From positions 1-41,656 of the forward strand of contig PBHC01000018.1 of the NCBI GenBank assembly GCA_002719295.1: a stretch of DNA of 41,656 nt, in the 5' to 3' direction. Below are positions 8,293 through 18,232 of the stretch, in pieces. Each line of letters starts with the position of its first letter. Within the stretch, counting starts at the first letter, position 1. A model generated the notes under the pieces. It was given only the letters and a program-made list of their open reading frames with translations. It was not told the DNA's origin and did not search any database. Source of the stretch: Chloroflexota bacterium (GTDB taxonomy: Bacteria; Chloroflexota; Dehalococcoidia; Lucifugimonadales; Lucifugimonadaceae). The position numbers and the translations under genes were made by a program.

Positions 8293-9725
8293 TCTGTATT
8301 TTCCTGAAATTTATGAGCAAACTGTATAACTTTTTGGTCTCCATTTTGGGGTCCAATGATTTGAATCCCCACTGGTAGATTTTTATCAAAACCGGCTGGA
8401 ATTGATATTGCAGGTAATCCAGCAATATTAACTGGAATTGTGCATAAATCACTTTGATACATTTTTATAGGGTCGTTTGTCTTTTCATTTATTTTAAATG
8501 CAGTTGTTGGAGAAGTTGGTGCCAGAAGAACATCAAAATCCTTAAAAGCATTATTAAATTCATCTACAATCAAGGTTCTTATTTGTTGGGCTTTTTTGTA
8601 ATAAGCATCATAATATCCAGCTGATAAAGTATAAGTCCCTATCATTATTCTTCTCTTTACTTCATCACCAAATCCTTCTGATCTTGAGTCTATTAAAGAT
8701 GATCTAGAATTTTCTTGTGTTGTACTCCTGTGACCATACTTTACTCCATCATACCTAGAAAGATTTGAAGAAGCCTCAGATGGAGCAATTATATAATATA
8801 CATCCATGCAATATTCAGTTAGTGGTAAGTTGATTTCTTCAACTATTGCCCCTAGATTCTCAAATTCTTTAATAGATTTTTCTAATATTGATTTTATCTC
8901 TGAATCTACGTTTTTAAGATAATCTTTAGGAATCCCAATTTTTAATCCAGCAATATCTTCATTTATTTTAGAATTAAAATTATTGAACTCTTTTTCATAT
9001 GAAGTTGAGTCATTATTATCTTTTCCAGAAATGACATTTAAAATATTTCCACAATCTTCAGCGGTTTTTGCAAAAGGACCGATTTGATCTAAAGAGCTTG
9101 CAAAAGCAATAAGTCCATATCTGCTTACTGTTCCATAAGTGGGTTTCATACCGGTTACTCCACACAATGAAGCAGGTTGTCTAATTGAGCCTCCTGTATC
9201 ACTTCCTAGCGAGCAAGATACAAAACCTGCAGAAACTGCTGCAGCAGGGCCTCCACTAGATCCCCCTGGCACTCTATTTATATCCCAAGGGTTTTTTACA
9301 GGGCCAAAAAAAGATGTTTCATTTGATGATCCCATTGCGAATTCATCTAAATTACCTTTTCCAATTATAATGCCGTTGTTTGATAATATCTTTTTTGTAA
9401 CAAAGGAATCATAAGGGGATACGTAGTTTTCTAATATTTTTGAAGCAGCGGTGGTTTTTATTCCTTTAGTTGAAATATTGTCTTTTAACATAATTGGAAT
9501 ACCGGATAAAAATTTGTGATCTATTTCATTGTTTGATAGTTTTTTATCTAAATTTTTTGCTTTTTCCAAAGATTCTTTTTCTAAAACTGTAATAAAAGAA
9601 TTTATTTTTGGATCTTTTTCTTTTATATGGATTAGGCTTTCATGAACCAGTTCTTCGCTTGATATTTTCTTTGAAGATATTAAGTTTGAAAGCTCTGTAG
9701 TTGATAATGCTAAAAGTTTATTCAT
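8265..9725 (-). CDS. gatA: Asp/Glu-tRNA amidotransferase subunit A
   Basis: Amidase signature KDN, DEFAMGSS, PGGSSGG, GSDTGGSIRQPA; SAGYYDAYY. ATG at 9725 overlaps the gatC stop and is preferred over TTG 9731. Confidence 0.97.
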   Translation of the reverse strand: MNKLLALSTTELSNLISSKKISSEELVHESLIHIKEKDPKINSFITVLEKESLEKAKNLDKKLSNNEIDHKFLSGIPIMLKDNISTKGIKTTAASKILENYVSPYDSFVTKKILSNNGIIIGKGNLDEFAMGSSNETSFFGPVKNPWDINRVPGGSSGGPAAAVSAGFVSCSLGSDTGGSIRQPASLCGVTGMKPTYGTVSRYGLIAFASSLDQIGPFAKTAEDCGNILNVISGKDNNDSTSYEKEFNNFNSKINEDIAGLKIGIPKDYLKNVDSEIKSILEKSIKEFENLGAIVEEINLPLTEYCMDVYYIIAPSEASSNLSRYDGVKYGHRSTTQENSRSSLIDSRSEGFGDEVKRRIMIGTYTLSAGYYDAYYKKAQQIRTLIVDEFNNAFKDFDVLLAPTSPTTAFKINEKTNDPIKMYQSDLCTIPVNIAGLPAISIPAGFDKNLPVGIQIIGPQNGDQKVIQFAHKFQENTEWHLKHPKI

Positions 9726-10008
9726 TATCAAAAACTCTTGGAATTTTTATTTGGCCAGAAGTATTTTCAGGGGAATTTTGAAGAATCTCCTCATTTGATA
9801 AAATTATTTTAGTATCATCATCTCTCATCGAATTTAATAAATTTGTTACATGAGAAGTTGGTTCTACATTTGTTGTATCTATTTTTGAAAGAGACTCAAA
9901 CCTAGTAAGGATTTTTTCTAAATCATTTACTATATTTTCTTTATCAGAATCAAATGAAAGAGAAGCAAGCTTAGATAAATTTTCGAACTCTTCTTTAGAA
10001 ATTTTCAT
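9718..10008 (-). CDS. gatC: Asp/Glu-tRNA amidotransferase subunit C
   Basis: 96 aa directly upstream of gatA; LAxL, IDTTNVEPTSH, MRDD, KIPRV. Confidence 0.93.
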   Translation of the reverse strand: MKISKEEFENLSKLASLSFDSDKENIVNDLEKILTRFESLSKIDTTNVEPTSHVTNLLNSMRDDDTKIILSNEEILQNSPENTSGQIKIPRVFDNE

Positions 10009-10154
10009 AATTTTACTTTTTTGAATTTAAATTACAGGAATTATGCTTTTTTTTGATTTTATATTCACTTAACATGGAATATTGTATCATTATTGAAAAA
10101 TTATTTTCCATAATTATTTATAATAATATTTATGTTCTTAAGATAAGGTAGAGA

Positions 10155-11774
10155 TTGAATTATATTTTTGTTACTGGAGGAGTGGTAAGTTCTCTTGGAA
10201 AAGGGATTGTAGCTGCATCTATTGGTAAACTTCTTATCTCTCGAGGAATTGAAGTCTCTGTAATAAAATTAGACCCATATTTGAATGTAGACCCAGGCAC
10301 AATGTCCCCTTTTCAACATGGAGAAGTTTTTGTTACCATGGATGGCTTTGAGACAGATCTAGATCTAGGCCACTATGAAAGATTTATGGATGTTGAATTA
10401 TCAAAAAAATCTAATGTCACTGCAGGTCAGATTTATACTGAAGTATTAGACAAAGAAAGATCAGGATTTTACCTTGGTGGAACTATTCAAACTGTACCTC
10501 ATGTAACAGATGCAATTAAGTCTAAAATTTTACAATTAGGAGAACATTCTGGAGCAGAAGTGATTCTTGTTGAAGTTGGAGGCACAATTGGTGACATTGA
10601 AGGGCAACCATTTATTGAGGCTATTCGTCAATTGAGAAACGATCCTAATACAAATAATGTATTCTATCTTCACTTAACTTTACTTCCTTATCTTTCTACA
10701 TCAGATGAAATTAAAACTAAGCCTACTCAACATTCTGTGCAAGCATTGAGGGGGATGGGAATACAGCCTGATTCAATAATTTGTAGATCTGAAAAAGATG
10801 TGGAAGATTCAGTTAAAAACAAAATCTCTCTATATTGCGATGTGCACCCCAAAAGTGTTATTTCATTAAGAGATTTTGAAAGTGTTTATGATATTCCTAT
10901 TCATTTAGAAGAACAGGGATTAGGCAATATAATTTTTGATAAATTAGGATATAAAAAGAAAACTCCTGATTTGAAAAAATGGAAATCTTTATGTTCGAAC
11001 ATTATGGAATCCAATGACATGCTAGAAATTGGAGTTGTTGGGAAGTATGTTGAATTGCCAGATTCTTACTTATCTGTTAATGAAGCTATCAAGCATGCTG
11101 GAGCTAATAATAAAACTAAAATTAATATTAATTGGATAGACTCAGATAATTTATCTACTGATAACACTCATCAACATCTTAATGAAATGTCTGGAATAAT
11201 AGTTCCAGGAGGCTTTGGCGAAAGAGGAATTGAAGGAATGCTTCAAGCTGCTAAATTTTGTAGAGAATATGAAATTCCGTATTTAGGTTTGTGTTTAGGA
11301 ATGCAAATAATGGTTATAGAATATTCTCGGAATGTATTAGGCCTGGTAGATGCTAACTCAACCGAATTTAATTCTCAAACAAGTAATCCTGTTATAGACA
11401 TCATTGAATCTCAAAAAGGTTTACAAGAAACAGGAGGAACTATGCGATTGGGTGGTTATAGATGTAATCTTTCTCCTGGCTCTTTGGCTCAAAAAATATA
11501 TAAAAAAGACGAAATTATAGAGAGGCATAGGCATAGATATGAATTTAATGATTTTTATAAAGACTCTCTTAATTCAAATGGATTTATTACATCAGGAGTA
11601 TGCCCAGATAATAATTTAGTTGAAGTGTCAGAACTAGAAAAACATCCTTTTATGATAGGGAGTCAATTTCATCCTGAATTTGGTTCAAGATTGGATAAAC
11701 CGCATCCTCTTTTTGATTCTTTTATAAGTGCATGCCTAAATCAGAAAAAAATAGGTGCTCAGTTCAAACTTTAA
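10155..11774 (+). CDS. pyrG: CTP synthase
   Basis: YIFVTGGVVSSLGKG, DPYLNVDPGTMSP, KTKPTQHS, GLCLGMQ, ERHRHRYE, QFHPE; TTG start after AAGGT. Confidence 0.99.
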   Translation: MNYIFVTGGVVSSLGKGIVAASIGKLLISRGIEVSVIKLDPYLNVDPGTMSPFQHGEVFVTMDGFETDLDLGHYERFMDVELSKKSNVTAGQIYTEVLDKERSGFYLGGTIQTVPHVTDAIKSKILQLGEHSGAEVILVEVGGTIGDIEGQPFIEAIRQLRNDPNTNNVFYLHLTLLPYLSTSDEIKTKPTQHSVQALRGMGIQPDSIICRSEKDVEDSVKNKISLYCDVHPKSVISLRDFESVYDIPIHLEEQGLGNIIFDKLGYKKKTPDLKKWKSLCSNIMESNDMLEIGVVGKYVELPDSYLSVNEAIKHAGANNKTKININWIDSDNLSTDNTHQHLNEMSGIIVPGGFGERGIEGMLQAAKFCREYEIPYLGLCLGMQIMVIEYSRNVLGLVDANSTEFNSQTSNPVIDIIESQKGLQETGGTMRLGGYRCNLSPGSLAQKIYKKDEIIERHRHRYEFNDFYKDSLNSNGFITSGVCPDNNLVEVSELEKHPFMIGSQFHPEFGSRLDKPHPLFDSFISACLNQKKIGAQFKL

Positions 11775-11781
11775 AAAAAAT

Positions 11782-11810
11782 TTGACCAAAAAAATAAATA
11801 ACGATAGAAT
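11782..11810 (+). promoter_or_regulatory. Putative sigma70 promoter of rho
   Basis: TTGACC-17 bp-TAGAAT. Confidence 0.6.
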
Positions 11811-11894
11811 GGTCATATCTAAAAGTTTTTTGAATCCCTAATAATTATCCAAACATAATTTCAAAAAACAAAACCAATTACTCAAGGACTTAAA

Positions 11895-13310
11895 TTGACA
11901 ACATCTTCAAAAGATAAAAATAATTCAGAAGATAAACCTCTCAAAAGGAAAAAAATTTCTTCTTCAAATAATTCTGATAAAAAAGAATCTTCAATGAATG
12001 CAAAAAAATCTAAGAAAGAGAATTCTAAAATATTAGATCTTGGGAATATATCTGCTCTTGATAATAAAGAGTTAGTAAAACTTGCTAAAGAAAGAAAGCT
12101 AAAAGAAAACCCTAAAGATCGATCAGATCTAGTAAACATGCTAGTAGCAATTGAAGCAGAAGAAAAAAATGCAACTATTGGCGCAGGTATTTTAGATATC
12201 TTGCCTGATCAATTTGGTTTTTTACGTCCTCCAGGGCAAAAAAATTCTCCTAATGATATTCATATTTCAAGAAGCATTATTAGAAAAAATAAGTTAAGGC
12301 AAGGTGACTTTGTTTTAGCTCAAATCGATTTTCCTGAGGAAGGTGGATCTCAAAGATATCCTGGGGCATTAAGTGTTGAAGCTGTAAACGGATATTCAGT
12401 TGAGCAAATAGAAAAAAGAGTTAATTTCGATAAATTTACATCTATATATCCAAATGAGCAAATAATTTTAGAAAATGAGCCAAAAGTGATGTCTTCTAGA
12501 ATCATAGATTTAGTATCTCCAATTGGTAAAGGGCAACGTGCATTAATAGTAGCTCCCCCTAAGGCTGGAAAAACAATCCTACTTAAAGATATAGCTAATT
12601 CAATTGAAAAAAATTCTCCTGAAATAAAATTAATTGTTGCATTAATTGGTGAAAGACCAGAAGAAGTAACAGACATGAGAAGATCTGTTAAGGGTGAAGT
12701 ATTCTCTTCTACATTTGATGAACCAGTTGAAGATCATTGCAAAACATCTGAAACTGCACTTGAGAGGGCAAGAAGACTAGTAGAGTCCGGAGAAAATGTT
12801 GTTCTTTTGCTTGATTCATTGACTAGATTAGGAAGAGCATATAATATTGCTGTTCCATCTTCAGGAAAAACTCTTTCGGGAGGTATGGATCCATATGCAC
12901 TTTATCCTCCAAAAAAGTTTTTTGGAGCGGCTAGAAATTGTGAAGAAGGCGGAAGCTTAACTATAATTGCTACTGCTCTTGTAGATACAGGAAGCAGACT
13001 AGATGATTTGATTTATGAAGAATTCAAAGGAACTGGGAATATGGAGCTTCATCTTGATAGAGGTTTGGCAGAAAGAAGAATCTGGCCTGCTATAAATATA
13101 GAAAAAAGCGGAACCAGGCATGAAGAGCTTCTTCAAAACGAATTGACATTAGGAAAAATAACTCAAATCAGAAGAATAATGGCTGCATTTCCTTCAGATA
13201 ACAATGAAAAAACTTGGACTGAAAAAATTGTTGATGGACTTAAAGCTGCTAAAGGGAACCAAGATTTCTTAGATAATATGCAAGCTTATTTGCAGGACCA
13301 AAAAGATTAG
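11895..13310 (+). CDS. rho: Transcription termination factor Rho with Lys/Ser-rich N-terminal extension
   Basis: [47 protein letters not shown]. Confidence 0.98.
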   Translation: MTTSSKDKNNSEDKPLKRKKISSSNNSDKKESSMNAKKSKKENSKILDLGNISALDNKELVKLAKERKLKENPKDRSDLVNMLVAIEAEEKNATIGAGILDILPDQFGFLRPPGQKNSPNDIHISRSIIRKNKLRQGDFVLAQIDFPEEGGSQRYPGALSVEAVNGYSVEQIEKRVNFDKFTSIYPNEQIILENEPKVMSSRIIDLVSPIGKGQRALIVAPPKAGKTILLKDIANSIEKNSPEIKLIVALIGERPEEVTDMRRSVKGEVFSSTFDEPVEDHCKTSETALERARRLVESGENVVLLLDSLTRLGRAYNIAVPSSGKTLSGGMDPYALYPPKKFFGAARNCEEGGSLTIIATALVDTGSRLDDLIYEEFKGTGNMELHLDRGLAERRIWPAINIEKSGTRHEELLQNELTLGKITQIRRIMAAFPSDNNEKTWTEKIVDGLKAAKGNQDFLDNMQAYLQDQKD

Positions 13311-13365
13311 ATCTTAATTCTTTCTTGAGTTTTCTGATTTTTTTAAATTAATATCTAAGATGGTA

Positions 13366-13389
13366 TTTATTTTTATTAATAAAAATAAA
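13366..13389. repeat. Perfect 24-bp A/T-only palindrome
   Basis: tttatttttattaataaaaataaa equals its own reverse complement. Confidence 0.8.
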
Positions 13390-13415
13390 AGAAAGTAAAA
13401 TATTAAAATCTCTTA

Positions 13416-13531
13416 ACCTTATTAATGGCCTTTTAATTAATTAAGATCCATTACCTTATTAATAGCCTTTTAATTAATTAAGATCCATTACCTTATTAAC
13501 AATTAATAGCCCTAGCCTTTTAATAATAAGA
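13416..13531. repeat. Intergenic 37-bp tandem repeat (2 copies plus a degenerate third)
   Basis: ACCTTATTAAT[G/A]GCCTTTTAATTAATTAAGATCCATT at 13416-13452 and 13453-13489; partial or rearranged copy from 13490. Confidence 0.92.
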
Positions 13532-13654
13532 TTGATAGCAAGAAAAATTTGGGGAAATTTTTTTAAATTTAGAAAAAAATGAAAAAAAGCATCTTCTATA
13601 CACATTAAATTTGTATTGAATTTTTATTTTTATTGAAACTCGTAAAAAAAAACG

Positions 13655-13684
13655 TTGACCTTATTATTTTTTTTAGGCTATATT
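13655..13684 (+). promoter_or_regulatory. Putative sigma70 promoter of the S-layer-like gene
   Basis: TTGACC-18 bp-TATATT preceded by an A-tract; would give a ~225-nt 5' UTR. Confidence 0.45.
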
Positions 13685-13915
13685 TTATTTCATAACTTTT
13701 AAATTATTTTATTTAGTTTGGATGAATCAAGAAAACTATGAACGTTTTGGCATAATTATAACTTTTTGTGTAATTCGTTGTAAGAATTGTTGATTTATCT
13801 GAGAAATTTAGATAAAGTAAGATAAGGTTTATTAATAGCTATAGCTGTTTGTGTTATAAACGCGTAGCTGTTGAGACCAAATTAAACTAAATTATTCATG
13901 AGAGGTAGTATCGAG

Positions 13916-16900
13916 ATGAATACATTAAAACAAATTGCGAGCCGAGCAATGGTTTTTGTGTTAGCACTTGCAGTATTAGTTCCAGCGCTTATAATGGCTG
14001 GGGATAATAACTCTGTGCAAGCAGAAAAACTGGCTACGGTTTATTTAACAAACAAAGGAACTGGTTTCACTACTGAAGCTTCACCTCCTTCTGCAAGGTC
14101 TAACCCTGCTTCAAGGAAGAATGCTTCAACAGTATATGTGACTATGACTGATGTTGACACAGCGAATGATGTGAAGAACTCACACATTTTAAATGCCAAC
14201 AAGGTTGTTATTACAGTTGTGGAGTCAGATTATAATAAGAAAGTTTCAGCTACATCAGGTAATTTAGCTATTACTGCTGCTGGAACTGCAAACACAAAAA
14301 CTCTTGTTATACCTGGAAAAGCTGGAGATCCAGTTATTGACTCAGATGGCGATGGAGACCTTAGTGATGAGGTAGGATTCGTTATATGTCAAGATGGTCA
14401 AGTTCCAGTATTTACAGGTAGTGCAGTTTCATCTGCATGTGCTGCGCCTGAAGGACCTACTGCACAAATCGTGTCAGTGGCTAACGGTGACTCAGCAACA
14501 AGTACTTCAGCTACTCCTATGATTACTGTTTACATAACAGGTCAAGGTGGAGACTCAGCTGAAGATAATGATGATGCATTCGTTGGATACTATACATCTG
14601 CTGTAAACACATTCCAGGTTAAAGCTTGGTCAACAGTTCAGTTAGAATCTAATGCTAGTGACATTTCAGTTGTTGAAACTGGAAGAAACACTGGTGTTTT
14701 TGAAGCTGAATTTTTGGTTGCTGATACAGAAGGTGTTAATGATAACACTGCAGCTCTAGACGCTCAAAATGGTTGGAATGCTACTGCTGGTAACGCTTTC
14801 GGTACTGGTGGTAAAGTGCCACAATCTTTGAACGCTGCTATTGCTGCTGGTATAGCAAACAGTGCTGACGGAAGATTCGATGCTTCTGACGGACAAAGTG
14901 CCGATGCTGAGTGGACGCTAATTGCTGATAACTTAGACGTTGGTGGAGCAATTGCTACTTCTGGCGGAAACACATCAGGAACAATAACACTTCCTGCTGG
15001 ATCATGGATTGCCGATCCAGATGGAGATGGATCTATAACAGATTCATTTGTTCTGCTTGATGATGGTGGCGGTACAGACATTGTTGACGCTAACCACGGT
15101 ACTGGTACAACTGTGAACACAGTAACATGTTCTGGTACGGTAGATACTACATGTACTAAACCTACAGCTGCTGCTAGAACAATTGTATTGAACATAACAC
15201 CTACTGCAGCTATTGCTAATGGTGTTTCTGACGTAGCTGACATAGCTGCTATTGTTTCAGACAATGTTGTAAACAATCAAAAATTTGATACTAATAACTC
15301 TGATACTATTGATGCCACTGACCTTAAGAGTGGTAGACCTGGATCAGACACACAATCAGGTGGTGGTGGAGCTCTTGGCTTGACTACTCCTGCTGCTTTA
15401 GGAATTGATAGAACTCCAATTGTAGAAGCGCAAGCAAATGCTACTCTAACAGTTCAATATCAAGACCTAACAGATAATTCAACTTCAACTACTGCTACTA
15501 CAGGGACAAAAGTTAAAGCAACTGTAACTGTTGATGTTTCGGCACCAACTCCAGTTGTATCAAGTCCTACATCAGGTAGCTCATTCAAGGACAGACAGCC
15601 TTCATTCGCTGGATCAGTGACTGATATTGGTTCTGGTATTGATGTAAGTACAGCTGTACTTTACGTTGATATGTTGAGTGATGCTGCTGCTGATGGTTTG
15701 ACAAGTGCACTGTCAACTACTGAATTGACTGCACAAAGAGCATGGTTGGGTGGAGCTGGTACAATTACAGGTAATGATCGATATGATCAATTTGCTGTAA
15801 CATTGGACAACTCTACTACTATGAAAGATGGAGTTTCAAGTATTACTTGGAAAGTTGCTACAACAGCAAACATTCCTTGTAGTACAGGTTCTGCAGATGG
15901 AACTGCTCACGGAGCATTAGATGATACTGGTGGAGACGGTACAAATTCTGCAACAAACTCACACACAGGTTTTGTTGGTCTGATTTCTTGTAACGCTGCA
16001 CTATCTACTCCAGATGTTGTTGTAGACTATACTTTAGCTGCAATTGACCTAGCTGGAAACAGAGGGTTCAGTGACTCGAAATCTACCGATACAGATACTA
16101 CTGCTATTGGAGATCCGTACACAATAAATATTGACGAACAAAAACCAGTCATTCAAGCCGCTGACACAAAAACTGGTGTTTACTGGAACGCAGCAACTTT
16201 TGCTGAAAAAGGTAATGACGCTACAAAAATTGTTGTTGGTTTCAATGACGAAATAGGTTCAGTTTCTGCTTCTTCTTTCGAAGTAAAGACAGATGCTGGT
16301 GTTACAATGACTCCTACTCTTGCTGAAATAGGCCCTAAGGGTACTGACGCAAATGGTAAGAGTTTTGATAAGAGAAAAATGGTGTACCTAACACTTCCAA
16401 GTTCTCTTCCAACTAACGATACTCCTCAAGTAAAACTTGTTGGCGATGTAGCTGACTTAGCTGGTAACTCAACTAAATCAGGAACAGTTACAGGCGCTAT
16501 TCACAAGCTAAAGCCAAACTTAACTATGACATTGTCTGGTGGATCAGGAACAGGTGCTTCTGGTACTTCTAATGATTCAGATTCTCTAACTAAGAGTGCT
16601 ATGACAATAACAATTACTACAGACGAAGTTTTGGCTTCACCTCCTACTATAAACGTTTTCAACGAAAATTATGGTAAAACAGGTGCTTATGCTCAACTTT
16701 CAGCTTCTACTGCCCTAACAACATTAGGTGCTGGTAACAGTCAAAACGTTGATATAGCTGCCAATACAATTGTTGATACAGATAAAGATGGTTCACTTAC
16801 TGATGAAATTACATTGGAATCAGTGAACATAACATCTACAGCATTAGCTGACCTTGCTGTAACATCAGTTACAAATGGTGGTGATGGTAACGCTGACAAT

Positions 16901-18145
16901 GTAAGAATCGTAATTAAGAACAATGGCTCTGCTGCTTTGCCTGCTGCTAATGATGATGTAAAAATCTCTGGTAACACAAACGCAGCTTTGACTTCTGCTT
17001 CTGATGAAGTAGCAGTTGAAGGTACAGTTGCTGCTGTTGCACAAGATTCTAAAACATACACAGCAAACTTCACAGGTAGCGCATTTTCAGATGCAGCTGC
17101 TGATGATACAAAAATTATTTATGTAACTGCAAATGATGCAAGTACATCAACAAATACAGGTACAGTAGGTAAGCATGATTCGTCTGCAACTGGTGCATTC
17201 TCATTCAGGCTTGATAAAACTGCTCCTGTTCTAAAGAATGACCCAGATGGTGATGGTACAGTAGGTACAACTACAACTTTGCCAAGACCATACGTTATAT
17301 TTGAATTTACTGATAATTCAAACGTAACTGTTGTATCTGCTACATTCGGTGGAGATGATGTATTAGCAAAACTTGCTACTACAAACAATAAAAAATACTT
17401 TATGGTTCCTGAAAGTGACCTTTCATCATCAACTTATGCCGTAAAAGCAAAAGGTACTGACCTTGCTGGCAACAAAGGTGCTGAAGGTTCTTACAACCTA
17501 AAAGTTACTGCTAGAAAAGATTATAAAGCAACTCTTCTAGCTGGTTGGAACTTGATGTCATTCCCGTCTGATCCTGTATCAAATGGTGTTGGCTCAGTGT
17601 TCACAAACACAGGAATTGACCAGGTGGTTGGTTATGATGCTATGGCTAAAGGATCACCTTGGATGGTAGCAACTAAAGATTCTGCATCAGGATCGTTTAG
17701 TGGTAGCTTATCTACAATCCACTCAGGTCAAGGATACTGGATACATTCAACAGAATTTGCTTCTCAGAGCGTTTCTTTGACTGGTCCAGAAGGTCCAAGT
17801 GCTTCAGCCCCACCATCAATTCCATCTATTGAACTTGCTTCAGGTTGGAACTTAATTGGTGTAGTTGACGCAACTAAAGCTTTGACTCAAGCTAATGAAG
17901 GAACAGTTTATACTACTAATGCTAGTTACTTAGGACAATGTAATGGTTCTTCTGTGACTAAGGCGTATGAATACGATACTTCTAACCTAACTTGGGTATC
18001 AATAGCTATAGATGAAGGTGTTGCTAACTTTACAGCTTGTGCATCAAACGATTCAACTGATGCTCAAAATGTAAACATTGGTGAAGCATTCTGGGTATTT
18101 GCTACTCCAGCAGCTTCAGGATTATTGACACCTATCGTTCCATAA
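13916..18145 (+). CDS. Large secreted surface (S-layer-like) protein, ~1409 aa, Ala/Thr/Gly/Asp/Ser-rich with probable Ig-like modules
   Basis: Signal peptide; GAGGT RBS 9 nt before ATG 13916; ETGRNTGVF motif; several DxDxDG loops; DLAGN motifs; two C-terminal GWNL repeats; codon usage typical of high expression; own terminator. Confidence 0.8.
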   Translation: MNTLKQIASRAMVFVLALAVLVPALIMAGDNNSVQAEKLATVYLTNKGTGFTTEASPPSARSNPASRKNASTVYVTMTDVDTANDVKNSHILNANKVVITVVESDYNKKVSATSGNLAITAAGTANTKTLVIPGKAGDPVIDSDGDGDLSDEVGFVICQDGQVPVFTGSAVSSACAAPEGPTAQIVSVANGDSATSTSATPMITVYITGQGGDSAEDNDDAFVGYYTSAVNTFQVKAWSTVQLESNASDISVVETGRNTGVFEAEFLVADTEGVNDNTAALDAQNGWNATAGNAFGTGGKVPQSLNAAIAAGIANSADGRFDASDGQSADAEWTLIADNLDVGGAIATSGGNTSGTITLPAGSWIADPDGDGSITDSFVLLDDGGGTDIVDANHGTGTTVNTVTCSGTVDTTCTKPTAAARTIVLNITPTAAIANGVSDVADIAAIVSDNVVNNQKFDTNNSDTIDATDLKSGRPGSDTQSGGGGALGLTTPAALGIDRTPIVEAQANATLTVQYQDLTDNSTSTTATTGTKVKATVTVDVSAPTPVVSSPTSGSSFKDRQPSFAGSVTDIGSGIDVSTAVLYVDMLSDAAADGLTSALSTTELTAQRAWLGGAGTITGNDRYDQFAVTLDNSTTMKDGVSSITWKVATTANIPCSTGSADGTAHGALDDTGGDGTNSATNSHTGFVGLISCNAALSTPDVVVDYTLAAIDLAGNRGFSDSKSTDTDTTAIGDPYTINIDEQKPVIQAADTKTGVYWNAATFAEKGNDATKIVVGFNDEIGSVSASSFEVKTDAGVTMTPTLAEIGPKGTDANGKSFDKRKMVYLTLPSSLPTNDTPQVKLVGDVADLAGNSTKSGTVTGAIHKLKPNLTMTLSGGSGTGASGTSNDSDSLTKSAMTITITTDEVLASPPTINVFNENYGKTGAYAQLSASTALTTLGAGNSQNVDIAANTIVDTDKDGSLTDEITLESVNITSTALADLAVTSVTNGGDGNADNVRIVIKNNGSAALPAANDDVKISGNTNAALTSASDEVAVEGTVAAVAQDSKTYTANFTGSAFSDAAADDTKIIYVTANDASTSTNTGTVGKHDSSATGAFSFRLDKTAPVLKNDPDGDGTVGTTTTLPRPYVIFEFTDNSNVTVVSATFGGDDVLAKLATTNNKKYFMVPESDLSSSTYAVKAKGTDLAGNKGAEGSYNLKVTARKDYKATLLAGWNLMSFPSDPVSNGVGSVFTNTGIDQVVGYDAMAKGSPWMVATKDSASGSFSGSLSTIHSGQGYWIHSTEFASQSVSLTGPEGPSASAPPSIPSIELASGWNLIGVVDATKALTQANEGTVYTTNASYLGQCNGSSVTKAYEYDTSNLTWVSIAIDEGVANFTACASNDSTDAQNVNIGEAFWVFATPAASGLLTPIVP

Positions 18146-18156
18146 GGAATAGGTAA

Positions 18157-18200
18157 AAATAAAAAAAAGCAGGATGAAATATGCCTGCTTTTTTTTATTT
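18157..18200 (+). terminator. Intrinsic (potentially bidirectional) terminator
   Basis: aaataaaaaaaagcagg-loop-cctgcttttttttattt right after the stop codon. Confidence 0.9.
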
Positions 18201-18232
18201 AAAGAATCTATAATATAATAATAAACATTTAA

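Noticed and set aside
5730..12676. Small ORFs overlapping gamma-CA, argS, gatA and rho
   Set aside because: Antisense shadows of well-supported genes.
13416..13531. 37-bp repeats as a CRISPR array
   Set aside because: Units are head-to-tail with no spacers; no cas genes in the window.
13311..13897. Replication origin
   Set aside because: AT-rich with repeats, but I found no TTATCCACA-type DnaA boxes and there is no dnaA or dnaN nearby.
13916..18145. Higher GC of the surface gene as evidence of recent horizontal transfer
   Set aside because: Explained by Ala/Gly/Thr richness; third codon positions remain mostly A/T and there are no mobility genes or att sites.
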